Assembly: GCA_036676395.1 (NCBI GenBank)
Contig: JAKFCY010000002.1
Location: 1,248,001 to 1,312,000 of the forward strand
Reading direction: 5' to 3'
Source of the DNA: Bdellovibrio sp.
Lineage (GTDB): Bacteria > Bdellovibrionota > Bdellovibrionia > Bdellovibrionales > Bdellovibrionaceae
DNA length: 64,000 nucleotides
Below, piece by piece: positions 21,740 through 31,900 of this stretch. The notes below the pieces were generated by a model, which saw nothing but the letters and a program-made list of their open reading frames with translations, searched no databases and was not told where the DNA came from. How positions within the stretch are numbered: the first letter of the stretch is position 1; every line of letters begins with the position of its first letter. Both the position numbers and the translations under genes were made by a program.

Positions 21740-22501
21740 GTGCCTATTTCAGCTGTGATTATCTGCAAAAATGAAGAAGCCAATATCGGGCGATGTTTAA
21801 AATCCCTAGCCTGGGTTGATGAAGTCGTCGTTTATGACTCGGGGTCTATAGATAACACTGTTAACATTGCGCAGAAAATGGGCGCAAAAGTTTATCAAGG
21901 AACCTGGTTGGGTTTCGGCGCAACAAAGCATGCGGCTACAAAACGTGCATCGCATGATTGGATACTTTCTTTAGATTCTGATGAAGAAGTGCCCGATAAA
22001 TTAAAACAAGAAATTCAAGAAAAGCTAAGCACACTTGATCCTGATTATATCTATAAAATTCCACGTTTATCGCATTATCTTGGAAGCTGGATTAAGTATG
22101 GTGGCTGGTATCCTGATTTTCAAATCAGACTATTCAACCGTAAAACGCATCAATGGAATCAGGCAGAAATTCATGAACGTGTTGAGCCTATAGCAGGCGA
22201 GCTTGAGCATATCGCGCAGTTAGATAATCATTTACATCATTACGTCTTTAAAAACATCGAACATCAGGTGCAAACAAACAATCGTTATTCGACTCTGCAA
22301 GCGCAGACTATGTTCGCTAACGGTAAATCATTTAGTTATTTTCACTTATTCACAAAGCCGTACGTAAAATTCATCGAATGTTATATCGTAAAATTAGGGT
22401 TTTTAGACGGCTGGGCGGGGTATGTGATTGCCAGAAATGCGGCCTATTCAGCTTTGTTAAAGTGGCTAAAACTTAAGGAATTATATGCGCACAAAAAATA
22501 A
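21740..22501 (+). CDS. GT2 glycosyltransferase (WaaE/KdtX-like, LPS core)
   Basis: 'ISAVIICKNEE', 'YDSGSID', 'WILSLDSDE', 'GGWYPD', 'KLGFLDG'. Confidence 0.9.
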   Translation: MPISAVIICKNEEANIGRCLKSLAWVDEVVVYDSGSIDNTVNIAQKMGAKVYQGTWLGFGATKHAATKRASHDWILSLDSDEEVPDKLKQEIQEKLSTLDPDYIYKIPRLSHYLGSWIKYGGWYPDFQIRLFNRKTHQWNQAEIHERVEPIAGELEHIAQLDNHLHHYVFKNIEHQVQTNNRYSTLQAQTMFANGKSFSYFHLFTKPYVKFIECYIVKLGFLDGWAGYVIARNAAYSALLKWLKLKELYAHKK

Positions 22502-23423
22502 TTTCTTAATGTTATCGTTATTGTTTTTTTCTAAAGCAGTGATGGCTGATGTGCCCGTGCTTAAAAGTTTTGTAGGTCGGCCGTTGATTCAATTAGTTGA
22601 TGGAAATGTAAAAGTCGAGCCGGTTAAAGGTAAATTAATTGAACAAAGTTTTACGGTAAAAACATCGACCAACGAGCAAATTAAAATTGAACTGGGTAAA
22701 GATTTTTATTTAATCGTGTTTCCAGAATCTTCGGTTAAAATTGAAGGTTTTTATGTCACCAAAAAAGATTATAAAGTTAGAGCTGTGAATTTTGATTCAG
22801 GCCGTTTTTATTTAAAAAACGGTTCGAATATAACTGACGATTTAACGGTAATTTACCAATCTGACTTTTTCGTCTGGAGAAACACTGAAAAAAACAACCA
22901 GCGCGAATTTTTCGTTGAGTTAAATCCGGCGATCGCGCAAGTGCGCTTCTGCGCGGGGGCTCAGGGAATTTCAGCTTCTCTGTTCGATCATGAGACAGTC
23001 AAGAATTTGAAATACCAAGAAGGAGCCTCGTATCAAGGGGTTCTTAAAAACGGTGAATTAGAATTTGATCTGTTATTAGAAGGTCGAAAAGTGCCAAAAG
23101 GTGAATGGAAAGATAAGTTCACTTGTGATTTTAAACAAATTTTAAAAGAAATGAATGATTTAGAAGCTTCTGAAATTGCTAAAATCAAAAAGAACGAACA
23201 ACAGAAAAAAGCCGCTGAAAGAAAACGTAAAGCTGATTATGAAAAATCCCTCTGTCACGAGCCCAATGGGCAGTTCAACGAATGTTTGTGGAAGTGGGAA
23301 GATAAACTTTGCATTCGTTATCGCTGCGATGGCCAAGGTCAGTGGAAAGATCGCCACCAATTACCGAAAAATCACAGTTATCAATGTGAGACAAAACCAC
23401 ACGTGACGAAGTGCGATTACTAG
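22485..23423 (+). CDS. Exported protein with FecR-like beta N-terminus, coiled segment and Cys-rich C-terminus
   Basis: Signal peptide; Cys-rich tail 'CHEPNGQFNECLW...CIRYRC...C...CDY'. Confidence 0.55.
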   Translation: MRTKNNFLMLSLLFFSKAVMADVPVLKSFVGRPLIQLVDGNVKVEPVKGKLIEQSFTVKTSTNEQIKIELGKDFYLIVFPESSVKIEGFYVTKKDYKVRAVNFDSGRFYLKNGSNITDDLTVIYQSDFFVWRNTEKNNQREFFVELNPAIAQVRFCAGAQGISASLFDHETVKNLKYQEGASYQGVLKNGELEFDLLLEGRKVPKGEWKDKFTCDFKQILKEMNDLEASEIAKIKKNEQQKKAAERKRKADYEKSLCHEPNGQFNECLWKWEDKLCIRYRCDGQGQWKDRHQLPKNHSYQCETKPHVTKCDY

Positions 23424-23445
23424 CAAAGACGAAGTGCGATTACTA
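23405..23445. repeat. Tandem duplication spanning the stop codon
   Basis: GACGAAGTGCGATTACTA at 23405-23422 and 23428-23445. Confidence 0.9.
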
Positions 23446-23507
23446 ACAACTGTTAGCACTTAACGTCACTGGGCGGTAAGTTGTTACTCTATTCGCTATG
23501 AGCAGCG

Positions 23508-23591
23508 TCTCAATCTGAAGCTAAAAACCACCAAAAAGCACCTGTTTTCAATAAGTTACCTAGATTTCACAATTTAGGCACACGCCTTGTA
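23508..23591 (+). promoter_or_regulatory. Putative sigma54 promoter with IHF site and upstream palindrome
   Basis: TAGGCACACGCCTTGTA (-24/-12-like, 23575-23591); IHF-like TTTCAATAAGTTA (23546-23558); TCTCA-atc-TGAAG (23508-23520). Confidence 0.55.
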
Positions 23592-23649
23592 TATACATAA
23601 TAGTAACAAGCACACCTGATTTAAGATGGCTCTTTAAGGAAGGTTTTTT

Positions 23650-24456
23650 ATGAAAACAGGAATTATGAAAACAAACGCTCTCTTCTTATTAACTGCTACA
23701 GTATTATTTGCTGTAGGTTGTTCGAATTCAAATTCGAGTGATTCAGTTAATAACACATTACCAGTAATTAACGGTGCCGTCCCTTCGCCAATAATTATTG
23801 ATCCAACAGCGCCAACAGACCCAGGAACTACAACTCCTGTGTTTAGCGGTGGATCACAAGTTGCGTTTGTACCTGTAAATCTGGCGCAAATGAATAAGTA
23901 TGTTGCGACTCATCCATTAAATAATCCAAGTGATTTTAAAATTAGCGTAAACTTAGCTTCTGTTGGGTCTGGTCGTTACGGCGGAACAGTAGCCATTTCT
24001 TACTTAGACAATAACATTCGTTATAACGGTGAATTTAAATCTGGAATGGGTGCCAACCAATCATTTAGTGGTATGTACGATAACGGTAAGTTAGAATCAG
24101 AATTTAATTACTGGTTTAACTATAACGGTAAATTAGTATTTACAGCTTATTTCGAAGATCAATACGGCGCGATCACAATCACTTTAGAACCAACAACGAC
24201 GACTTCTGGTGGTAATGATGCTGAGCCGGTACTTTCTGGTCCATATAAAGGCACAGTTTACTTTAAAAACTTTACGACAACGTTTGCGCAACATTCACCA
24301 TACCGCGCTTGTTGGCACACCTACATGGGTCCATATGACTGTCGTTCAAATGTGATCAGCACGAAATGTGGATTATACCCAGGGGCTGAAGCTGGTTACG
24401 AGAAGTTAGGAACTTTCTCTGGCCTTGATGTAAAAAAAGCTTTCGCCATCGACTAA
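23650..24456 (+). CDS. Lipoprotein of unknown function
   Basis: Lipobox FAVG-C, Pro/Thr linker, three C-terminal Cys. Confidence 0.75.
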   Translation: MKTGIMKTNALFLLTATVLFAVGCSNSNSSDSVNNTLPVINGAVPSPIIIDPTAPTDPGTTTPVFSGGSQVAFVPVNLAQMNKYVATHPLNNPSDFKISVNLASVGSGRYGGTVAISYLDNNIRYNGEFKSGMGANQSFSGMYDNGKLESEFNYWFNYNGKLVFTAYFEDQYGAITITLEPTTTTSGGNDAEPVLSGPYKGTVYFKNFTTTFAQHSPYRACWHTYMGPYDCRSNVISTKCGLYPGAEAGYEKLGTFSGLDVKKAFAID

Positions 24457-24484
24457 TAAAATATTAACGAAGAGTAGGTAAACA

Positions 24485-25090
24485 ATGAAAACTCTAAGTC
24501 AAATTATCTCAATCATCACAGTAACAATGGCTACCGCTTACATGGTAGCTTGTGATCAAAAAAACAAAAACTCTACGGCTGCAGCATTACCGGTTTATCA
24601 AAACTGTGTAAATTGCGGCGGAGTGATCAGCGGCTCTGAGTTCTTTCGCTCAGAATCTAAAAACTACGATCAAACCGTATTATTAAATTTAAGTTTCGTA
24701 GGTTCTACAAACGTAGCAACGCCTTATTACGCAAATTTAAACTACGGATCACCGGTGATTAATTACATCGGCCCAGTGGCCGTGACTGGAACAATGAACA
24801 TCAACATGGGTACAAATGCTGGTGGATGTTTAATTCAGCCAGGGCAGTACACTTTATCAACTTTACAAGCCGGTACATGGTCAAATGCCATTGTGCAAAA
24901 TTTAAGAGTTCAAGCTTATGGCCCGTCGAACATGATTATTTCTATCCCGTTGGCTCAGGTTTCGGCAAAACGCTATGACCAAATGGGCAGATTGTGGTCT
25001 GAAATTCCGCAAGTGGGTCGAATTTTTGGTAACGTGATCATCGAAAATGTGAACGGATACCGTTGTTACACTGATATTCTAGTCGATTAG
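24485..25090 (+). CDS. Lipoprotein of unknown function
   Basis: Lipobox MVA-C, CxxC, beta-rich; likely co-transcribed with the upstream lipoprotein. Confidence 0.7.
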   Translation: MKTLSQIISIITVTMATAYMVACDQKNKNSTAAALPVYQNCVNCGGVISGSEFFRSESKNYDQTVLLNLSFVGSTNVATPYYANLNYGSPVINYIGPVAVTGTMNINMGTNAGGCLIQPGQYTLSTLQAGTWSNAIVQNLRVQAYGPSNMIISIPLAQVSAKRYDQMGRLWSEIPQVGRIFGNVIIENVNGYRCYTDILVD

Positions 25091-25150
25091 TTAAAGTAGT
25101 TTCTTAAGATTTAAGATCAGCAAAGATTTTAGTAAAATATAAATTTTTTT

Positions 25151-25195
25151 AAAGGGCGATTTTGTGAGGAGCCATCTCACGAAGTCGCCTTTTTT
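25151..25195 (+). terminator. Intrinsic terminator
   Basis: GGCGATTTTGTGAG...CTCACGAAGTCGCC followed by TTTTTT. Confidence 0.8.
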
Positions 25196-25237
25196 ATTTT
25201 CTTGCTTAATTTCTAAATCGGGTTTGAAATTGTATAT

Positions 25238-26125
25238 ATGAGTTTATTACCTCTTTGGATAGAGTTCTTCGATGATTTGCAACATGTAAGAGGGCGTTCA
25301 CTAAATACCGTGATGGCCTATAGAAGAGATTTGGAATTATACCAAGCTTTTCAAACTAAAAGCCGTCGTTTAGCTGAATTCTACGATTTCATGAAAGATG
25401 AAGGTTTATCAACCCGCTCACAAGCGCGCGTGATTTCTTCGTTACGTACTTATTTTAAATTTTGTGAAACTCGCGGAATCAAATCTGAAGAGTTACGTGA
25501 ATTACGCCCACCAAAAGTAAAATCAACACTTCCTAAATCGATCACATTTCAAGAATTTGAACGCTTATTTGCTTCGTGCGAAGTGGCAGATCCTGCAAAA
25601 AAATACCGTAATCAATTAACGTTATTATTTTTATATGGTTTAGGTTGTCGTGTATCAGAATTAATTTCTTTAAACTTAAACGATTTTTCAGCCACAGAAC
25701 GTTGGGTGAAAGTTTTAGGTAAGGCTCGCAAAGAAAGACTGATTCCTTTAACAGAGACTTTATTTGAAGCTTTAGATAAATATTTAAAACATTCACGTCA
25801 TTTATTAGCTTACGATGAATCTGGGCAGAATTCTTTATTACTTAATGATCGTGGACACCGTCCGTCGCGCATTGATGTGTGGAGATGGTTAGCTTCTTGG
25901 TCGGTTAAAGCGGGTTTTGATACTCCGGTACATCCGCACAGATTCAGACATGGTTGTGCGACAGCATTGTTAGAAGGTGGAGCAGATCTGCGTTCAATCC
26001 AAATGTTATTAGGTCACGCTAGTATTCAAACGACGCAAGTTTACACGGCGGTTTCTACGGCTACGGCTGCAAAAGCTGTGGATGAACATCATCCGATGTC
26101 TAAAATGAAAGACGTGGCGATTTAA
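25238..26125 (+). CDS. xerD: Tyrosine recombinase XerD/XerC
   Basis: 'SLNTVMAYRRDL', 'GCRVSEL', 'HPHRFRH..ATALLEGGADLRSIQMLLGHASIQTTQVYT'. Confidence 0.88.
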   Translation: MSLLPLWIEFFDDLQHVRGRSLNTVMAYRRDLELYQAFQTKSRRLAEFYDFMKDEGLSTRSQARVISSLRTYFKFCETRGIKSEELRELRPPKVKSTLPKSITFQEFERLFASCEVADPAKKYRNQLTLLFLYGLGCRVSELISLNLNDFSATERWVKVLGKARKERLIPLTETLFEALDKYLKHSRHLLAYDESGQNSLLLNDRGHRPSRIDVWRWLASWSVKAGFDTPVHPHRFRHGCATALLEGGADLRSIQMLLGHASIQTTQVYTAVSTATAAKAVDEHHPMSKMKDVAI

Positions 26126-26127
26126 TT

Positions 26128-26148
26128 CGCTCCGGATTTCGGTTTACA
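26128..26148. repeat. Solo arm of the ACA-N-TGT palindrome family
   Basis: CGCTCCGGATTTCGGTTTACA matches the reverse complement of 14090-14110 at 19/21 positions. Confidence 0.75.
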
Positions 26149-26180
26149 AAAGTTCGTAGTCAAATTCTATAGATCACTAG

Positions 26181-26212
26181 TAAAGCCCAAGTTTTGCAAA
26201 ACTTGGGCTTTA
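26181..26212. repeat. Perfect 32-bp palindrome abutting the comM start
   Basis: TAAAGCCCAAGTTTTG|CAAAACTTGGGCTTTA. Confidence 0.9.
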
Positions 26213-27558
26213 TGATTTTAAATACCCTGATTGAAAACCAAAACCGTCTTGTGCCTGCTGTCGTAGAAATTCAACTTATTCCTGGAATCCCGCAGATTCA
26301 TTTTTTAGGATTGCCTGACAAGGTGATTAAAGAAAGTTTTTTTCGTATTAAAGCGGCGTTGAAATCTTCGGGTTTTAAATTTCCGATATCACAACAAGTG
26401 ATTGTGAATATTCGGCCAAGCTCGTTAAAAAAATCTTCAATGGGGTTAGAGTTAGCGGTAGCTCTTGGCATCTTACATTTAACCGGACAAAAAGAATTAA
26501 GCGACCGCGCACAACAACATCTTATTTATGGCGAGCTTGATTTAGACGGGGGCGTGCGCGAACCCGAAGATTTGATTTACTTTAAAAATGTGAATCAAGA
26601 TTATGTCTTAACTGGGCGAGCAAAAAAGCAGAGCTTGGAATATTCGCGGCTTGAGCATTTAAAAGAAGACGTTGAGCTTAATGAACATAGCCGGGTGTTA
26701 AAAAAATCTTTGGTGCGACCGTTGATAGGGTTAAAAAATAAGTTTTCGGCTGATGAAGCCGAGTTGATTTTTTTACTGGCGACTACGGGATTACACGCAC
26801 TGGTGGCGGGGCAGTCAGGGGCTGGAAAATCTTTTTTAGCTAAAAATTTTATTACTTTTTATAAACCTAAAAATGAAGATTCACAAACTCCGCATGATTG
26901 GTACCCAGTTCTAGCGCCACATCATTCGTTAACTCCGGCAGCTTTTTTAGGAGGTGGGGCGCAGCTTTATGAAGGTGAAATTGAAAAAGTTGAAAATGGG
27001 GTTTTGATTTTAGATGAATTATTAGAATTTCATTCGCAAATTTTAGAATCTTTACGCGAGCCCATGACCGGAGAACCTTTGCGAATTGCAAGAGCGGGGC
27101 GGGTGAAAGAAATTAAACCTTCGTTTCAGGTGATTGCTACAAGTAATTTTTGTCCGTGTGGAAAATGGGTTCCGGGTTTTGATTTAGATGGTTGTAGATT
27201 TTCTGCGGTGAAATGCAGAAGCCATTTAAATCGATTAACGGGGCCCTTAGTAGACCGCTTTGGTTTAATCTATTTTCATAAACTGCGCAGACCGAAACGC
27301 GATATCACAGGCCAGGAAATTTTAAAACGTATTGAAAAGTGGTGTGATTTAGCTGAGCAAAACTTGGTAAAAGTTGATCTAGACTTTATCGATTCGATCT
27401 ACGGCGAACTTTCTGGTCGGCGCCAGCAAGCGTTAGCTAAGGTGGCTGAAATCTATGCTATCGAAGAAAAAGCCTCAGAAATAACGGTTAAACATTTAAA
27501 AAAGAGCGAATCTTGGACAATTTCTGGGTTTGTGCAGTTAGAAAAAGGTATGGCTTAA
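26212..27558 (+). CDS. comM: ComM/YifB Mg-chelatase-like AAA+ ATPase (compact, divergent)
   Basis: 'GLPDKVIKES..RIKAAL', 'GELDLDG', Walker A GQSGAGKS, 'APHH', 'LDELLEF', 'LREPM', 'CPCG', 'GPLVDRF'. Confidence 0.85.
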   Translation: MILNTLIENQNRLVPAVVEIQLIPGIPQIHFLGLPDKVIKESFFRIKAALKSSGFKFPISQQVIVNIRPSSLKKSSMGLELAVALGILHLTGQKELSDRAQQHLIYGELDLDGGVREPEDLIYFKNVNQDYVLTGRAKKQSLEYSRLEHLKEDVELNEHSRVLKKSLVRPLIGLKNKFSADEAELIFLLATTGLHALVAGQSGAGKSFLAKNFITFYKPKNEDSQTPHDWYPVLAPHHSLTPAAFLGGGAQLYEGEIEKVENGVLILDELLEFHSQILESLREPMTGEPLRIARAGRVKEIKPSFQVIATSNFCPCGKWVPGFDLDGCRFSAVKCRSHLNRLTGPLVDRFGLIYFHKLRRPKRDITGQEILKRIEKWCDLAEQNLVKVDLDFIDSIYGELSGRRQQALAKVAEIYAIEEKASEITVKHLKKSESWTISGFVQLEKGMA

Positions 27559-27566
27559 GGCATTTC

Positions 27567-27595
27567 TTGACAAAAATGCCGCCCAAATTTAACTT
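27567..27595 (+). promoter_or_regulatory. sigma70 promoter of tRNA-Cys
   Basis: TTGACA-N17-TAACTT ending 16 nt before the tRNA. Confidence 0.7.
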
Positions 27596-27611
27596 GGAGC
27601 TTCCTTCGATT

Positions 27612-27685
27612 GGTGACGTGGCCGAGGGGTTAGGCACGGCTCTGCAAAAGCTGTTACGGGGGTTCAAGTCCCTCCGTCACCTCCA
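27612..27685 (+). tRNA. tRNA-Cys (GCA)
   Basis: Acceptor stem GGTGACG/CGTCACC, U discriminator plus CCA, anticodon loop CTGCAAA, T-loop TTCAAGT. Confidence 0.97.
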
Positions 27686-27955
27686 GATTAACTCCGTAAA
27701 AAAATCTTATAAATAGTTATCTATCGAAAATCACACGAGTGTGGTTTCGCATGCTTAGCAATGCTCGTGGGCTTAAAAAATAACGAGATATAACGATTCA
27801 TAATGAAAACTGGTGGGTGTCAGGTGGGTTTTTGGTGGAACTAGAATTAGTACCCCAAACCGTTCACCCAACTGTCAGGAACATTTAACAGATACCAAGG
27901 TCGTATAAAGAAAATTATATTTAGACGACTGAGGGTTTTATGATTTAATACATTA

Positions 27956-28672
27956 ATGCGTGATCATAGTTTTTTAAAGTTCGAAAAGTTTGCTACTAGA
28001 AATCTAAGTCATTACTTGCCGCATCCAGTTAAGCTTAAGTCAAACGATGGTGTTCTTTTGAAAATATTCTTATGCCGCATTGAAATCATTTTTTCCGAGA
28101 GGAGAGATTCGATACTTCTTTTTAGAGCGGTATTGTTTGTAATATTTTGGGGTGTTATTTCGTCTGTTCTCCTGATCATAATAACAGACCAGACGAGCTT
28201 TTTGATGGCGCTCAATAATTTATATAGTTATATAAAATTAAATACTGCTCAAACTTTATTTGTGATGGCGGCCTCAATTTCAGCAGTATATTGGAATTTA
28301 AGTTCAAGGTATGGGTCGCAATGGCAATACCTTGCCGAGCTATATAATAATATTTTTATAGAAAAAGTAGGCGAAAAAGATAAATTTGAAATCTTATATC
28401 AAAAAACGACTTTGTGCTTAGACTTAATCGATTTGGATTTCTGGCATCACAAATCGTTTAGCAAGATGTTCGCATTTATCTTAGAAGATGCATTGGAGTA
28501 TTGTTACGAAAATTATCCAAAGGAAGAATTTGGTGTTTTTAAATTGAATCGCTCTGCTTTTAGCCATGTTCAAGATATTAAAAAAGGTCGTTTGGATGTT
28601 GTATCGGCGAAACTGATGATTTCTCGATTGCAAAATGATCTTGAGATGCAAATCGCAAACAGTGAAGTCTAA
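27956..28672 (+). CDS. Hypothetical membrane protein (2 TM plus helical C-terminal domain)
   Basis: 238-aa AT-rich ORF with two hydrophobic segments and 'SRYGSQWQYLAELYN'. Confidence 0.6.
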   Translation: MRDHSFLKFEKFATRNLSHYLPHPVKLKSNDGVLLKIFLCRIEIIFSERRDSILLFRAVLFVIFWGVISSVLLIIITDQTSFLMALNNLYSYIKLNTAQTLFVMAASISAVYWNLSSRYGSQWQYLAELYNNIFIEKVGEKDKFEILYQKTTLCLDLIDLDFWHHKSFSKMFAFILEDALEYCYENYPKEEFGVFKLNRSAFSHVQDIKKGRLDVVSAKLMISRLQNDLEMQIANSEV

Positions 28673-28973
28673 GCGAACTGACGAGCTTTACTTTTTTTTC
28701 ATTTTCAAAACTTTAGCATTTGTAAAGATGTTGTTCGGATTAGTCATAATTAAATGTCTACTTGTTAAAAAATAATATAAATAGTTTAAATAATTTATAT
28801 TTATTCAAACCAATTGTAGCGGCCAATTTGGCTTTGCTTGAATCAAGCGGTCATATAAATGCTTATTTATTTACCAAAAAACGTATTAAAATATGAATAA
28901 ATAAAATATTATTTGCAACCCTCTCTTTTGTTTGTCTAAAGTTTATCTAGTTTTATAAAAGCGGGGAGTATTC

Positions 28974-31900
28974 GTGAAAATAGTTATAATTTTTATTTTA
29001 TTATTTAGTGCAACTGTAAAGGCGCAAAGTCCGGCTGCTTATTTAAGTATGTATCCTGATGATGAACTTTGGCAGGATTGTATTTCAACTTTTATGGATA
29101 ACTGGGTTCCAACGACCGATCCAAACAGCGATCAGCACTACATCACACCTCGCGCCAGAAGAAATACGGTATGGGAGCCCGAAATTTTTGCGATAGAATT
29201 AGGTAGCCAATATATGACTCCGAAAGGCGAAGACCCAGATAACTACTCTATGTTTGGCCAGCTTTGTTGGCATGATAAAACTAATTACCCAACAAGTGCA
29301 GATTATAGCAGCTCAAGTATAAAGCCAAAAGATTTACGACCTAATGCCTGCAACAAGGTTCCTGGTAGCGTCATTGATATTGAGAAAAGAACAGTTTCGG
29401 AAAACGTTCCAATCGAGGGTACGTCTTACTTCTTAAATTATAGCTCTGAGTATAATCCCAATATCAACTTCAATCGTACATACAAAGATCAGTTCAATTT
29501 TCACAAAAATATCTATTCGGGATATAAATTTGAAATTACAAATTCCTCTAGTCAGACTTTACAGTCTGTTAGTTATACTGCAATTGCACCATTTGCTTTT
29601 AGTCCTAAGCATGTAATCCCATTGAACGATTTCACATCTGGAACTTATACATCCAAGGTCGTAGTATATGCTTCTCTCATGACTAACATCATTGATGCTG
29701 TTGCAGGATATTGCTATTTAGAATACGAGTATATTGATGAAGAATTAGTTGTGACTGAGAATTGCAGTCGAAAAAATGGTCGTACTGCATACTTCAATAT
29801 GCCTTTAGAATTTAGAAGTGAAACTCTAGTGCTTTATAAACCCGAGGTTTGGGGACTTCATGGATGGACTGTTTCTGTCCATCATTACTTTGATCGTGAA
29901 ACTAAATCACTTTTCACAGGTGATGGTGAAAAAATCCAGTATACAACCTTTAAAACTATTAGTGATGCGACTTTGGGTACAGTCGATGTTCTAATCAATA
30001 AAAATGACGAAGATGAATTATTTATCTTTGATTCTAATGGTCGTCATTTAGAAACTCGTCATGTAGTTTTCGGATATATAATTCATAAATTCGCATATGA
30101 CGGAAATAGCAGACTTACATCTATAACAGATCGATTTAATTCTTCTACAACATTTACGTACAGTGGTTCTAACTTGCAGAAAATAACTTCCCCTTATGGG
30201 GTTGAAACTAATTTTACTGTTAGTTCGAATCGTATTACAAAAGCCACTGATCCAGAGAATTTTGATTACGATATGTCGTATGATAGTGGAACTTCTTTAC
30301 TTCTTGCTTACACACCCCCAACAGGGGTAGTAACCACATTTTCGTATAACAGCGACGGCGAGTTCTTGCAAGAATCTAAAAGTAGTGGATTGTTACAATC
30401 GATTGCGCAAAGTATCGCAAATGGATTTTTAGAGTTAACGAACAGTCTAAATTTTGGAGTTGATCGGCATGTTCAAGTTATTCCGACTGCAACTGGTGTA
30501 AAAACTAACTTAGTATCAAATGACAATCTAATTTCACAAGTCGAAAAGTCATACAGTGATAACATCACTCAATTTAAATACAATCAAGACATAACAACAC
30601 AGTATTTTACGCCTAGTGCTGAATGGGGAAGTGATAGATTGCTCATTGATCAAAGTGTCCAGGCAGTTACTGAATCTGGTCAAAACGTAAGTGATTCAAC
30701 CCAATATAGTGAAGCTAGAACCTACACTTCGAGTAATGTTTTAAAGCCTGTAAACTATAGTAATTCAATTACAACAGGTGCTGGTGGGATATTATCCAAC
30801 GCTTACACGAAATCTAATACGACACTAGTATCGACGGATATTCTAGGGAACGTAACAACTACAAAATTTAGTGCATCAGGGGTGATTACTCGAATCAGTG
30901 GAACGGACAAATATCCTGTTGATTTTGAGTACGATACTGCAGGACGTTTAACTAAGGCGAAAAAAACAAGCACTTATTACGAAACCTACACATACGATAC
31001 GTATGGGTACTTAGCGACGATCAATAATAGTAAAAGTCAGTTGACTCAATTTGTTCGAAATAAAAAAGGACAACTTTTACAAAAAATACTTCCGAATTCA
31101 GAGGCGATTAATTATGAATATACTGACGGTGGAGAAGTTAAAAAGATCACGGCTCCAAATGGTCAGGTTCATCAATTTTCGATGAGCTTAGGAGATTACA
31201 TCACTCAAATGATTTCTCCCGCAAGCAAAACGATAACGTATGGCTATGATAGTGATAAAAGACTTTCTACGGTAACGAAGCCCAGCGGAAAAGCCTTAAC
31301 TTTCAATTACGAAACTGATAGAAACGTTTTAGCTGATGTCACAACAGCGAGCGGAACTGTAACTATATCACACGATATTCGGTCGCGAGTTGCTTCCGCA
31401 ACATCAATTGATGATATTCAAACAGATATCACGTGGGCCGCAGACCAAGTGCAATCACAGACTTGGTATGACAACGGAACTTTGATTGCGACGCTTTCAA
31501 ATACTTTCGCAACAGACCAGTTTAAGCTTAAAGAAATATATTTAGATAACTTCCTAATTGCAGACTACACATATTCAAGTGGAGTATTGGCAGGTATTTA
31601 TAATCTTGGCATTTCATATAGTCATAGTTTTTCAACTTACAATCACACCCAAACTGTAAACGGAAGCGGAATTTCTATTTCATATTCGCAAATAGATGGA
31701 TCTAGTCAACCGGCACAAGTGGTTAACGGCACTTATTACGATAGCTCATCAAATCAGATCGATGTATCAATACGTCGTAATTATGATAATTTTGGTCAGG
31801 CCACTTCTTTAATATCTACAAAATTAAACCAAAGCACTGGCTTGTATGATGGTTACTACACACTTACAACGGTATATGATTCGAATAACAGGCTAACGCA

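Noticed and set aside
25238..26125. xerD as the integrase of the tRNA-Cys islet
   Set aside because: It has housekeeping Xer signatures, lies upstream of the tRNA and is separated from it by comM.
27513..27716. 67-aa ORF
   Set aside because: It overlaps tRNA-Cys and its promoter, so it is spurious.
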